DNA from: Eutreptiella sp. 'Long Island Sound 2002'
Lineage: Eukaryota > Protista > Euglenida
Assembly: GCA_964036045.1 (NCBI GenBank)
Contig: OZ038379.1
Span: forward strand, 50,282,001-50,346,000
Direction of reading: 5' to 3'
DNA length: 64,000 nucleotides
This document shows positions 1 through 12,973 of the stretch, piece after piece. Each line of letters opens with the position of its first letter. Position 1 is the first letter of the stretch. Made by a program: the position numbers and the translations under genes. The notes under the pieces were generated by a model. It was given only the letters and a program-made list of their open reading frames with translations, was not told the DNA's origin and made no database searches.

Positions 1-340
1 TATGTCCCTGTCCCTGTCCGTGGCCCCATCATGGTTCCTGTCTGTCCTTGTACCTGTCTGCATGCTTGGTCATGTCCATGTTCTTCCCTCTCCATATCTG
101 TGTCCTTGTCCATGCCTATGTCTGCTTATATCTGTTTCCCTGTCTGTGTTTGTACCTAGGACCTGTCTAGAGGCATGTCCATGCCCCCATCCATATCTGT
201 GTTGCTGCCTGTGTCTATGTTTGTGTCCCTGTTTGTGTCTTTATCCATGTCCTGTCTGTGTCCAAATTCCTGTGTCCAAATCCCTGTCCGCGTCCCTGTC
301 CCTGTGTATGTCCCTTTCCTGTCCCTGCAGTGTTCTGACA
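1..340. repeat. Degenerate TGTCCC/TGTGTC-type low-complexity repeat
   Basis: Nearly A-free on the + strand, with recurring TGTCC/CTGTC units. The ORFs here are compositional (S/L/C/V/P). Confidence 0.75.
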
Positions 341-1481
341 TAGTGCAGTGCACACTGCACACCCGGCACAGAGTGGAGTGCACACTCTTCACACTGCGCA
401 CTTTGCACCCTGGTCCCTTCTTTCCAAGCCTTTAGGTAGTTTTAGCGGGCTAAGGTGGGTGAAAATACCTCCAAAAGGCCTACAACCACTTGTTTGCGCA
501 AGAAAAAAATCAATTTTCAGATCAATTTTTGACCCATGGGTGACCTGGCAATCCTACCCTAGCACAGTAAAGTGCACCCCTACCTGGGTGCATTGAAGGG
601 TGTTGGTGGTGCACTAGGGGGCTGCTCGCATTCCTATTCACCATTAACATTATCATTCATCACCACAAGAGTCTCCAAGGCATCCATCCAGTAGGTGAAT
701 CTAGAATATTGGCATTGAAGATCCCTTTGCAGGACTATTTTGTGAAAATTTTCAGACTGAGAAAAAAAAAACTCTTGAGGCCAAAAAAGTGCCGAATAGT
801 GCCCGGAGGTGTTTTTTCATCATGTAAATTGGTTGCAACACAAGGCAAAGCAATGCCCCAATCACATACACCATATTTACCAAAAACTGTCAAAAACAGC
901 CTTTTTTGGCCATTTTTGACAGTTTCAGGAACCCACCACCTGTGCTAGGTGGCCGGCACAGGTGAGTTTTTGGGTTGAAATTTGCATGATTGAACTTCAT
1001 GGTCACAGGTATCAACCAGCAAACTATTTGGCAGAAACAAACCACCATGATGGAGTTCTGATCTGTTGCATGCTTGCAGCAGCAGCAGCTGGTTAAAGGG
1101 GTAGCTGCATAGGTTAAAGAGGGTTATCAAACCTTACTGCTTCTACCTGCTCGGTGAATGGGTCATAAGACCTTACTGGCCCACCCGCTCAGTGAAGACT
1201 TCTTTTTTTACCTACAAACGTTCCTCCCCCTCTGCAGATCAGCAAACTACACACAGTTCTCATGGACCCTCATCAATCTTCACCAACTCTCAAGAATGGC
1301 TGGAAATTGGCGAATTGGGGGGGGAGTTGAGTGAAGGGCGAAAAGCAATTGGTAGAGTAAGTCAAGGCACACCTCAATTGGTCCCTTGATGCCAAATATC
1401 ACCTAATTTCGTCTATTGGCATTCAGATGCACACAAAAAAACTTTGTACAAGCTGGGTGTCAACATTGGGTCAGCACATAC

Positions 1482-1577
1482 CTCCCTCTTGTACTCCCGC
1501 ATCAATTCATATGCCGATCGGACTTCAGACAAAGTGGCTCCTCCGGCCACAAACAGAATGACACGGGGCCCAGACAA
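1482..1577 (-). CDS. Exon of a Sec1/Munc18 (STXBP-like) family gene, C-terminal domain-2 segment
   Basis: 96-nt phase 0-0 exon with acceptor TTGCAG| and donor |GTATGT. It encodes LSGPRVILFVAGGATLSEVRSAYELMREYKRE, matching the Munc18 pattern GPRLIxFxxGGxxxxExRxAYE. Confidence 0.88.
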
Positions 1578-1924
1578 CTGCAATTTGCTTAACTCACTGC
1601 AATGCAATGTGTCAGCGAGCGAACAACACTGATAGGCCTGTAGTGGGCACCTGGTGGCCGTAAATCATGGCTACATATACCACATTTTGTGAATGTTTGA
1701 GACAACAATGCAGCTTTTCCACCGTAATGGCCCATGACATACGAAAGACCATATTTGCACAAAAACACACGATCCACTGTGTATGCACATTACGTACTAC
1801 CCCTTATATCTCGCTGGCAAGGAAGCAAGCAAGCGACAACACTTTTCATTTCTGTTTTGCCAATACCACCGTGCCATCGTGTCGGGATCTACTCAACTTT
1901 ACCCCTCTTCTCCATTGACAGGTG

Positions 1925-2000
1925 CACTTCCCGAATCTAGAGTTTGAGCCCCCAACTCACTGATGGCAGCCTGGGGTGTGGGCGCCAAATTGGAAGGTGC
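1925..2000. repeat. Dispersed ~75-bp repeat (second copy at about 4853-4925)
   Basis: GTTTGAGCCCCCAACTCAC..GGCAGCC..GGGTGTGGG..GCCAA occurs at both positions. Confidence 0.65.
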
Positions 2001-2894
2001 CCTGCCCAACGTGTGCAGTTTTGCACTGAAAATAAAGATTGTTCAACCCAAACCAAACATGGGCTGTATCTTGAGTGAGGTCACTCAAAAACCAATTCCA
2101 CGGGCACCTAGCCCATCTGCAAGCACTACTTTTCCACTACTTTGGATGCTGAAACACACGTTTTTAGCCTGTTTTGAGCCCGTGGTGTCCCGTTTTGGCC
2201 CTCCGAAAGCCCCAAAAGGATTTGAAAGTGCACCTTTAGAGCCAAAATAAGATGGAACGGGCATCAAAAATGCAATTTTCCAAAATGGGCCTTAACCAAT
2301 TTGGGATGCTTAGGAAAATGGTTTTAGCCTCTTTTGAGCTGGTTTGTCTCTTTTTGGCCCATGCATGGACATCCTAAGCCAGAGGCACACATTGTAGCCA
2401 TCCATGGTGCTTTCTAGGGTTGGGGAAGGGGGTGCACATTAGAGGATCTATAGTGCTACACCCCTCGTCCAGCCAACAACTAGCAACAAGCAACAACAGG
2501 CAAGCACGCCCCAAAGCTGTCTTGCGCATATTGGAAAAGAAACACTCCCATTCCAGCTCCAATATGGTTCACTTGACATGTGGCTTCACAAATCCAAAAG
2601 TCCAACCCTAAACTCAACGATGGTGACTTGGGGCGTGGATGCTAGTTGGGAGATGTCCTTTTGAGATCATGTAGTTTTGGGCCAAACAAGCATATTTGGG
2701 CCACAACAGACTTAGAAACCGGTCAAATTGGCGAAGTGGAGGATGGCATATCTCTCTGGGACATCCGCTTCCTGCCAACACGGAGCAAATTCACATTTTT
2801 TCAGACTTTTCTCAACTTTTGGTCTAATGCACCAAAATGTCGTCACCTTGGGGGAGGTATGTGTATGCTATTCGAAATCTGTAAGAGACTGCCG

Positions 2895-3490
2895 TTTCAG
2901 AAATGTATGGGTCAGGGGGGGGGGGGATGACCATATTTTTGGGTACCAAGGCCGGACTTTTCGGCATTTCAGGGTTTTTGGGCCTCAGGTTGCTCTGCGC
3001 ACGCATGCGGGACACCAACTCATAGGTGTTCCCCTGGGTGCCCCGACATATGTGGAGTTGCAGGAAGGTGAAAGGAGATAAGTGGATGCATTTTGACGTG
3101 CTGAATCCAAATATTGTGGTCTCATGTCCCAACTTGACAGCATGTTTGAGAAATTCTGCCATCTTTGATTTGTTGCACTCTGGTGAGCTTGGTGCTGCAA
3201 GTTGAACGAGGCAAGACCCGGGTGTCCAAGGTAGTTATCGGTCAAAGTCTCCAACATATTGGGGTGTTGAGGGGACCCATGTTGCACATGCCTTCTACAC
3301 ATCAAATGCAACAAATCCCACCAAATGACTTGACCCTGATATGCCCATACATTGGAGTAATGGGGGTAGGGGTGCGGTGCAGTCTGTCTGAAACCGGACC
3401 AGGACAGGGGAAAAAAACCCAACCTGTCAACGGCAATGGCCAATTTTCGAAAAAATATGGTCCCCCCCCCCCACCCATACATCTCCGAGA
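2895..3490. mobile_element. MITE-like segment with ~45-bp imperfect terminal inverted repeats
   Basis: GAAATGTATGGGTCA(G)nATGACCATATTTTT at about 2900-2940 is the inverse of AAAAAATATGGT(C)nACCCATACATCTC at about 3450-3487. No TSD was identified. Confidence 0.4.
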
Positions 3491-3949
3491 AGCCCCTCTA
3501 AAGGGCTTTCCGAATATACCCCACATACCCCCCCCTTCGGGACACGCAGCGGGCACAAATGAGGCAACAATGACGGCGACCCCTGAAAACGCTCCGTGTT
3601 GGCAGGTTCCTCAACGTCCCAGAGAGATATGCTGCAACCAGGCTTAGTTGCTCATGACGAAGAGCCCTTTGAGCAAGACCTACTCAAGGTGTGGGTGAAA
3701 TTGCGTGCACCTTTGACGGGTCATCTGAAAGGCAAGACATACATGAGCTGCAGGGAAAATTACAGGCATTTGATGGGCAGCTCACAAAAACCTACTTTCA
3801 AAGGTTGGGCAAAATTTCCATGAGAAATAACGTGATCATTTACTAACTAGCAGATGGCACACGTGGAACCTCCCCCCTGTGGCCGTCAAAAATGCCTGGC
3901 AATAATTATGCGCAGGACCAGCGCTACGGTGACATGTGGGGTACTGCAA

Positions 3950-4550
3950 AGCTATCAGGGCCCCTTTCTTGAGGGCCAAGACAAAGCAGCGCCAAAAAAG
4001 ATGTCAAGGCCACTTTCTTCAGGGCCTAAGTGAGGTGAAAAACCATAAAGTTGTCAAGGCCACTGTCCTGGGGGTCTAGATGAGGCGCCACAAAAAATGC
4101 TGTAAAGTCCACTTTCTTGAGGGCCTAGACAAAATACAACTAAATCCATCCTCCACTCTGAAGGCGGCTTTCTGAGGGCCCGCAAATGTGTCCAAACCAC
4201 CTTGAGGGCCTTGACGAAGTACGGCAAAATTATCAAGGCCACTTTCTTGGGTGCTTGTATGAAATACCGGTGAATTCATCCTCCAACGTCAAGGCAACTT
4301 TCTTGAGGGCCAGATGAGGTGATGCTGGTACCACCAAATTGTCAAGGCCATTTTGCTGATGGCTTAAATGAGGTGTTGCAAATTGTCAAGGTCACTTTGT
4401 TGAGGGCCAAGATGAAGTTCTGCAAAGTTGTCAAGGCCACTTTCCTCAAAGCATAGACAAAATACCACAAAGAAAACCGTCAAGGCCAATTTCCTGAGGG
4501 CCCGGACAAAGTACCTCAAAATTGTCAAGGCCACTTTCCTTAGGGCCTCG
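3950..4550. repeat. Imperfect tandem array, ~45-55-bp period, core GTCAAGGCCACTTTCTTGAGGGCC
   Basis: About 13-14 copies of the core separated by variable linkers. The core contains the inverted pair TCAAG...CTTGA. Confidence 0.8.
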
Positions 4551-4633
4551 CTGGTGGGTGGGGGTTGGGGGATATTGGCCACATATTACTACACCCCTCT
4601 CAGCTTAAACTTAGCAAGCAAGCAAGCAAGAAG

Positions 4634-4634
4634 C

Positions 4635-4729
<95 letters not shown>
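4634..4729 (+). repeat. (CAA)n microsatellite, about 32 perfect units
   Basis: Seen directly. Preceded by (AGCA)n and followed by degenerate CAA/CAT units. Confidence 0.97.
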
Positions 4730-6954
4730 ATACAACAACAACAAAATCATCATCATCAACAACAAGTAACAAGCCTCCTTCCGTTTTGGTGATTAATCCG
4801 CCCCATCGCTTCTGGCTCTACTCTACTCTGCCAATCTTTGTATTCACACATGGCCTTCCCAAATCCGGGGTTTGAGCCCCCAACTCACCGGTGGCAGCCC
4901 AGGGTGTGGGGGCCAATTCCGGAACGCCTGAAAAAAGGCCCCAAATTGCTCCAATTCTGCAACATTCGGCTGCAAAGAGGCCCAAATCGAGAATGGGCCA
5001 TATCTTGGGCTACGTGGCTCATAAACTGATGGTGGTGCACAAAGGCCTCTGTGCATAGAGGCATGCTTTGAAGGTGAGATGCAGGGTCCCGTCCAATGGC
5101 GCACCTTTCTGCAGGGTTACTTGCGGAAGTTGCTGAGGAAAGCTTGGAGGACATGAAGTGGGAGCGGGCCCCACGGAGACTGCGGCCTATGGACTGGGAC
5201 TGGGAGGTATCTTTCGAGGATGATGTGGCACTGTTGACAAAACCACAGAGGGCACTTAGTGCGCAGAGCCCCTCTTCCAGAACAGTACCATGTTGTTGGC
5301 TTGCTCAAGACCGGATGAAATGTGGATGAAATGTGCGCGTCGACACAAAACACATACTTTGCCAGGGACTATGGTCTCTGGTTGCCAACCAACCCAGCAC
5401 CTAGACGGACTCAGTTGTTTCCTTTGACATCGACACATCACATTGGCACAACTCCCCTGAAATTGGCCCAGAAGTCCTGAAGGAATGTGCTGCAAACAGC
5501 TGGCATAAAGAGTGTCTTCACAGCAACCAGCAACCGCCCTGACATGCAGTGAGCTGCCTGCAGTGGGTGGTTTGGGCGGGGTGACCACTGAAACTCAACC
5601 AGACGCCAACGCACCAGCTGCTGCTGTCAATGAACCGAGACCCAGTGAGGGCACACCACAGTTCTGAAACAAAATGGAACCATTGCCCCTCATTCAACAA
5701 GCAGGACCCTGCAATGCACACATTCAACAAAGAATTCAGGCGGTTGTCACCGAAAAATAGAACAAAAAACACAGTAAGTTTTTACTTTGGATAAAAGTCA
5801 GCAAATATAAAAAGGTCATGTTGCAGGAGTTTTTTTTTTCTTCTGATACAACGGAATGGAAAAAGAAATAAGCAAAGCTAACTCTTTCTTGTGAAATTTC
5901 GCTTTAATTTTTTCCCAAGTGGATTAAGGGGGAATGTCTGCCCGGCGCATGCCCGGCGCACTACCTTTGTATTAAGTATCTTATCTCTAGCCCCAAGTTT
6001 ATCCTCACCTTGGCAAGTCCCCCAAGTAGACCGCACTAGACCGCAAACCTTCTCTGCAAGGCACCTTGTATAAGCCGAAATATGAGAATTCAACAACACA
6101 AAATGTCACTCCCCCCACTTCCAACCACCACCCTTGCCATCGTCATAAACTGGGTGCAAAGGATGGGCCAAATTCTTAGACACGGCGAGAAGGTACTCCA
6201 AATTGTTTGGTGAGGTGGGGGCAAAAACAGGCACAAGTGGGGAATGATCAAAAAAAGATGCCCGGCGCGTGCCCGGCGCCTAGCGCGCTAACGCTCCCCT
6301 AAGGTCTGAGAAAAACATTTGGGGAAAAATGGAATCAAATCAGGATTTGATTTTCTTCCCACATGATGAATCATCTAATTCAAAAGTCGGGGAAAATGGG
6401 GCAAAAAAAGACACATCTAGACAGGGGCAGAAAGAGCCACACTTCAGAACGAAGAGTCTGTGGTATGGGGGAGGGGGGGGGGGGGCGGCAACAGGTGAGT
6501 AATTACTGTTTCATCAAAGTCCACCACCATTTCTTTCCATGACCTGCTCGTTGATGAATAATGTTGTTTGTGTCTCTCAAGCGGGAAGCTGCAATCTGTG
6601 GTTCTAACCTAGTGGCATGGTGATCCCAATGCTCAACGTGGCCAAGTACTGCTCAGGTAGTGTCCGCGAGCACCAGACACTTGGGGGGTGGTGTTTTGAA
6701 TGTAAAGAGGGAGGCGTGCCATAAAGGCTGAGTAAGTGTGCTGGTTCGTACTTCCGGGTGTACCCTCCATCCCCCCTTGAAATGTAATCGATGGCACGTG
6801 ATGGTTTTTCCTGACAGCCAAGGGAACATGGCCAAAATGACACTTCCCTCACCCCCAGCCCCACCCCCAAAGGGAAAATCAAGGCTCTGTGTGGCACTGT
6901 TTCTGACATGTGACCTCTGAAGACGCTCAGCAGGGCCAACTGGAATGGGCTCAC

Positions 6955-7024
6955 CTGCTGGAGGCTTGGCTGCCACGTTGCCTGAGGATTTGGCACGAGG
7001 CTTGCCAGCAACTTTGGGAAGGGG
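6955..7024 (-). CDS. Possible additional small exon of the Sec1/Munc18 gene (low-complexity loop)
   Basis: Strong donor CAG|GTGAGC at 6954, with an upstream T-tract and an AAG acceptor. One frame reads PLPKVAGKPRAKSSGNVAAKPPA. The phase cannot be reconciled unambiguously with the neighbouring exons. Confidence 0.25.
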
Positions 7025-7789
7025 CTTGGAACGTGTCAGCATGATCAACATTCAGGGATGAAATTGCAAAAAAAAAAAAAAAGACTGAGTGATCTGCATG
7101 GTACATGGATAAATGCATTGGCTGAGATTCAATGAATGCATTTGCACTACAATGCACAAGTGGTATTGCCATGAACAAGTGCAGGAATCTCACAAAGCCG
7201 GAAACAAAAAAACAGTCGTTGTATTAATTGAAAAGGTCAAAGTGGCGGTCCCGCCAGAGGAAATTGCAAGGACAATAACATTTCAAAGGGGGTGAGGGGT
7301 ACTAAGTTTCACAATCACAAGGGGGTGGGGTGGGGGGGTGGCGGGGGTCCCCCTTGGCAGCCCCCGCCCCTGTACCCATGTGTCCGCAAGTAGGGCCCCT
7401 GAATGAATGTACTACACCACCCAGTTTGTGGCAGCCAAATGGTACATGAGGCATGCAGTGCTGACAACAAAATTCCAAAGACAATTGACAGAGGAACCAC
7501 ATTTGTTGTCCTGCATTGGTAGCAATATTTGCCTTTATGGCAGCATGTACGTCTCACGGGGGGGTCGCAGCAACATGCCATATGCCAACTCCTTCCCGCT
7601 TCCGTGCCACTTTCAGGGTGGGGGGGTTAGGTTTTGGTTTTGGTTTTGGCTAGCATCTAGCCCGTGGTCTCTGGCGCTAGTCTGACTGTGCACGCCCGAC
7701 CTAAGGCATGGGAATGCGGAGTGTACCGCCGGTACTGTCGCGCACGTCCTGTGCTGTGCGCCATTTCTTCGCCCGCTGCTCTGAATGTC

Positions 7790-9299
7790 CGACGCCCTCC
7801 GCTGGCCGTCGACCAGCTCACGGTCGACCCGCTCACGTGCTGTGTCCTTCGTTTCTTTGCGCCACGCAGGCGCTCTGACACTCGTACGTGTGCGCCACAC
7901 AGGCACTCTGTCACCCGTTTCTGTGCACCATGCATGCGCGCTGTCATTCGATTCTGTGCACCATGCTGGTACTCTGCGACTCGTACCTTTGCGCCACGCA
8001 GGCGCTGTGTCACTCATTTTTGTGCGCCATGTAGGACCTCTGAGATTTGTGCCTGTGAGCGATACAGGGGCTGTGTCATTCGTTTCTGTGCGCCAGGCTG
8101 GCGCTCTTAGACTCGCCGCTGTGTGCCGCGCTGGTGCTCTGTCTTTCGTTTCCGTGTGCCATGCAGGCGCTCTAAGACTCGTACCTATGCGCCACGCACG
8201 CGCTCTGCCATTCGTTTCCGTGCGCCATGCAGGCACTCTGAGAGTCACCTCTGCGCCCCACGCAGGAGCTCGGTCTTTCGTTTCCATGCGCCATGCAAGC
8301 GCCCTCAGACTCCCCTCCTTGCGCCATGCAGGCGCTTTGTCATTCGTACATGTGCGCCACACAGGCGCTCTGTCATTCGTTCCTGTGCGGCACTCGTTCC
8401 TGTGCGGCACACTCGCGCTCTGGGACCTGCACTTGCGCACCACACAAGCGCTCTGTCGGTCGTTTTTGTGCGCCATGCAGGCGCTCCGTCCTTTGTTTCT
8501 GTGCGCCACGCAGGCACTCTGACACTTGTACTTGTGTGCCATGCGGGCACTCTGTCCTTCGTTTCTGTGCGCCATGTCGGGGCGATGTTATCCGATTCTG
8601 TGCACCATGCTGGCACTCTGCGACTCGTACCTTTGCGCAGGTGCTGTGTCATTCGTCTTTGTGCGCCATGTAGGACCTCTGAGACTTGTACGTGAGCACC
8701 ATGCAGGCGCTCCGTCATTCGTTTGTGTGCGCCACGCTGACGCTCTTAGACTCGCCTCTGTGCGCCACGCTGGCGCTCTATCTTTCGTTTCCATGTGCCA
8801 TGCAGGCGCTCTAAGACTCGTACCTATGTGCCACGCACGCGCTCTGCCATTCGTTTCCGTGTGCCATGCAGGCACTCTGAGACTCAGCTCTGCGCCCCAC
8901 GCAGGCGCTCGGTCCGTCGTTTCCATGTGTCATGCAGGCGCTCTGAGACTCGCCTCCTTGCGTCAGGCAGGCACCCTTTCATTCGTACCGGTGCGCCACG
9001 CAAGCGCTCTGTAATTCATTCCTGTGCGGCACACTAGTGCTCTAGGACCCGCACTTGTGCACCACACAAGCGCTCTGTACTTTGTTTTTGTGCGCCATGT
9101 AGGCACCCTGAGACTCACTCCTGTGCGCCACGCATGCGCTATGACACTCGTACATATGCGCCATGCGGGCACTCTATCCTTCGTTTTTGTGCGCCACGTA
9201 GGGCCGCTTTCATTCGATTCTGTGCACCATGCTGGCACGTTGCGACTCGTACCTTTGCGCCACGCACGCAATGTGTCATTCATTTATGTGCGCCGAGTA
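7790..9299 (+). repeat. 33-bp satellite, segment 1
   Basis: Monomer TGTGCGCCAYGCAGGCGCTCTG plus 11 nt (TCATTCGTTTC or AGACTCGTACC type). It gives an 11-aa periodicity (VRHAGALSFVS) in the ORF track. Confidence 0.95.
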
Positions 9300-9978
9300 C
9301 TTAGGCGGCTCTATACGCACGTCCCAAAATTGCCACAGTTCCCAAATGGGTACCACCCCAAAACGGGGGCTGAAAAACCACTTTGGAAAATTGCACAATT
9401 GTGCCTTGCAGGGAACACCCCGAAAAACCTGTGAATTATCCAAAATGACTGTGTGTAGGGGGTACTACATGTGCCGGTTAAAAGTCATGTATTCCTTTCA
9501 AATTTGGGCACTGCAGTGTCCATGCGGAGAAAAATCCAATTGTTCCATGTCATCCGCTGGTGCATTTCAAACCACACTGCAAAATGCAACTTAAAACATG
9601 AAGCAAGGAGGATGACAGGCAAGCACATGCAAAACTGTGGTTTGTTTTTTGTTACAGCTGCTGCTGACCCAGTCACTGTGATTGTATGCGAAGCGTGAGA
9701 AACAATGCAGCACCAGTGCAACCAACAAGCAATGGAGGCGGCGCCAGTGCAGCCAATGCAATAATAAATGAGGGCAACAATGCCTGCAAAAGAAATGGCG
9801 CAGCACGGGTAAAAAAATGGCGAGTCGATGAATTTGGGCACTGCAGCGCCAAAAATACCAAAACATGAAAAAGGGCACCAGTCTCACACCTGCGTAGAAC
9901 AGGACGCGCAACAGTGTGCAAATCGAGTTGAAAAAAATACTGACATAGACACAGGCAGTGATAACCGCGCAACGCAGT

Positions 9979-12651
9979 CTACTTCTTCTTCGGGGGAGCC
10001 TTCTTGCACTTGGCCTGACCCACTTTGGCGTGAAACGTATTGAGGGGGGTACTGTCCTTGGCCTTTTTGGCTGGCTTTTTGGGGGGACCATCATCCTCAT
10101 CCCCACTGTCGTCGGAGCACGGCTTCTTCTTGCTGGGTGTGCTCCTCTTCTTGCTGTCACCACCTCCGACCAGCAAGATCTCCTCCTCCTCCTCTTCCTC
10201 CACATCGTCCCCCCCCTCCTCATTCTCCCCGTCCCCCGGCCTCTGCACCACAACTGCCATACAATCCCTAATCCTTGGCATCCAAGGGTCCCAGTTAACC
10301 AAGTAGACACAATCCATCTCCTGAACATACGCCGCTAGCTATTCACAGAACTCGTTAAACAAACCCTGCCGCCCAGTGATACAAGCTGCCAGACAGGGGG
10401 ACTCAGGAAGGCAGGACAGAAGCTGTGCTGGCAATACAGCCGACGCTGTCAGAAGCAAGAGCCACACTTCATCCTCGGACTGCCTGTCCCGTCAGGGAAC
10501 AATGCCAAGCACACGCAGGAGCCAACCAGCCGCTGCCAGACCAATGGTGCTGCCGTATGCACCCTGATCGCAAATGAAAATATTCGGGACCTTCACCCTA
10601 AACTTGTCTGGGACACAGAAGCAAATAGTCCTCTCCTCGAACCGATAGGTCGGGTGACCGACTGCCTGATCCAAAAAAGAGGTCATAATATACTGCCACC
10701 CTCCACACTCCTCAGAGTCGCGCAACTGATTAACCAGAAACTTAACGTCGGCCGCCATTCCACCAATAGCCACAGGTACCAGCTTGCCAACAACCTTCAG
10801 CACCAGGGAATGGATATCGTCCATTTGTTCCTTCATACACTCAATGAAGACCTGTTGTCAAAAGCACATTTCATTAGAGACGGGCACTGCTGTGCCTAAA
10901 GTGACCAACAATGCAAAATTGATCCCATTTTTATGCCTAACGGTTGCATACCAGTTTGTACTCCCTCAATGCAATCGTATACGGAATAGCCTTGCCAGGA
11001 ACCAACGCAATTGCCTGTGCCCGTGCTCCAGTTGCTTCATTCCCATCCTGCGGCTTGTTGAGCCAAATAGTTGTTGATTTCTCCCCATCAGTCGCTGTCA
11101 CTGCACTTTCCTTGACAGGCCTCGCCAGTGCAATCCTGAGGTCAGCCCATTCCTCATCCTGCCACAGCGGTGCTTTCTGGATGGTGTCCCAGCTTGGTAA
11201 GGGATTTTCCGCACTCCAGGTCCATTTCCCCAGTGACAATTTGGCTGCCCTCGGCGACTTTGTAAGCAGTTTGCGGACTCTTTGCATTTCATGCACGTTC
11301 ACTGTTAGAACAGGAGACCACTGGTACCACTGGGATCGAAACAGCCTTACGTTATGTGTCGGGGGGGGGGGGTCAACAGCGATCGCGCCAGACCCTGCCG
11401 CCCCATAAACATACGTCGAGAAGGATGGATGAGCGTGTTGTCCGGGTGAAGGTAAAGCATCTCCCACAAGCGGTCCCGCTTCAACAGTCTGGCCTTGGCA
11501 TGTAGTCCTGCGATCTTGGCCCCATCTCCAGCCATGTACAGCAGTATTTCATCCATTTGGTCGCCATGCAGTCCCGTCAACGGCCGCAAAGTGTAGGGGT
11601 TGAGCACTGCAGTGCAAAAATTAGGGTCGCATCGAATTTGGGCACTAAAGTTCCCATGAACACCAAAAGACGACGAAAATAGCTACTCAGAGGGCACAGT
11701 AGCTTCGTCGGCAGTGTTCTCGAAGCTGTCAATAAACTCAGCCATGCGGCCACCACATATCTGCAGCAACGAAACCAGCGGTCTCCAATGCTTCCGGATT
11801 GAGTCTTGGCAGGCATACAGTGTTGGACAGGCCACAGGTACGCAAAGGACTGACAACGGTGGTCTCATCGTGCATCTCTCATACCATGGATGTTTTCTCA
11901 CCCAGCCGGCCACACTTCCGCAGAGCCACCGGTAACATCTCTTTCGCTTTGCCCTTCTGCACTTCGGTCCAAATTCGTGCGGCCACTTGTCCCATACTTA
12001 GCTTGGTCACTGAGTGTTGTACCGCGTTGTGATCGCCTCCAATAATCTGTGTGATGTCAACAGGACACTCGTGTTTGATCTCCTCGCAGTAGACGTGTTG
12101 TAACTAGTCCGGCAGCGCCCGTGAGTTCCCACACTATTCTCGGTGAAGTCTTTGGAGTGACGTCAGGATATGAGCCCCGCCAAAGCAGTAGGGAATTTCA
12201 GCTGAGACAACAATGCAGCACAGGGAGGTAAGATTAATCGAGATATCACCGAGATGGGCACTGCAGTGCCCAAACGACAAGAATGTGTGAAAATGCCAAT
12301 GTGTGTGAAAGAGGATGGTAGTGTACCTTCGCTTCGCCATATGAGAATGTTTGAGATAGGTCGGCATGGTGCATTTGTACTCAGGCTTGCCATCCGCGAT
12401 AGTACTGAGTCCTCGTCCCTCTCTCTGGTCCGCCCACGCGTGAGGTCAGTGTCAAATTTTATCTTGGTCACCTGTATCTTGACCAGTTGTTTCTTGATCC
12501 ACGTTGTCCGGAATGTTTCCGTTGCCCGGTCTGCCACCGTCCACTTCACTCGAGCCTGCCCCAACTGCGCCCGTGTCTTCTCTGCTGTGTGAACGGCTTG
12601 CGATGCGGTCTGCTGCTCATCCCCTTCCGGCAGTTCGGTATCCGAAGGCAT
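9979..12651 (-). pseudogene. Second gene of element A (interrupted), C-terminal region MTase-fold-like, then an acidic/Lys-rich tail
   Basis: Chain of same-strand ORF pieces (12163-12651, 11683-11913, 11347-11607, 10937-11467, 10492-10836, 9979-10317). It is collinear and homologous with the second gene of element B (DRLWE; HSLVLKVVGKLVPVAIGGMAADV vs HNLVAQLVLSNVPVFICGETADV). Confidence 0.6.
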
Positions 12652-12973
12652 AGCTTAGCAAAGGGGCTAACAAAGGGTCACACGGCACACTACAAAAGGC
12701 CACAGGGCTGCAAATTGTTGATTTACACGCTTCTAATGTTGATGACTACTGGCAGCGCTCGACGATTGAACACAGATGGCAGATTTAGCATCACAGTCGG
12801 ATGCACCTCGTAAAAATTGAGGGTCACACTCATTCAGCTCAGAAAGGACAGCCACGGGGGCATCCGAATCATCACTGTGAACAGATACTACTTCTGGAGG
12901 GGGGGGGTCCGGGTCCCATCCATCATCACCCACAAAAACAGCAGCCCTCAAGTCTGGATCTCCGGCTGCCCCA

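Noticed and set aside
1370-1400. Possible next Sec1 exon on the minus strand (TAG|GTG ATA TTT GGC = VIFG...)
   Set aside because: VIFG fits the expected VIxG, but the following residues do not match the family pattern. Too short to support.
3950-4550. Possible CRISPR array
   Set aside because: Cores are degenerate, spacing is irregular and linkers are mutually similar. No cas genes are present.
4428-4792. Poly-N and poly-Q ORFs
   Set aside because: These are translations of the (CAA)n microsatellite.
5080-5330. LINE-like peptide WRTFLQGYLRKLLRKAW on the + strand
   Set aside because: It only loosely resembles post-RT LINE sequence and has no diagnostic motif.
955-6500. Strong + strand donor-like sites (CAG|GTGAGT at about 961 and 6496; CA|GTAAGT at about 5773)
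   Set aside because: No convincing upstream exon or coding frame could be attached to them.
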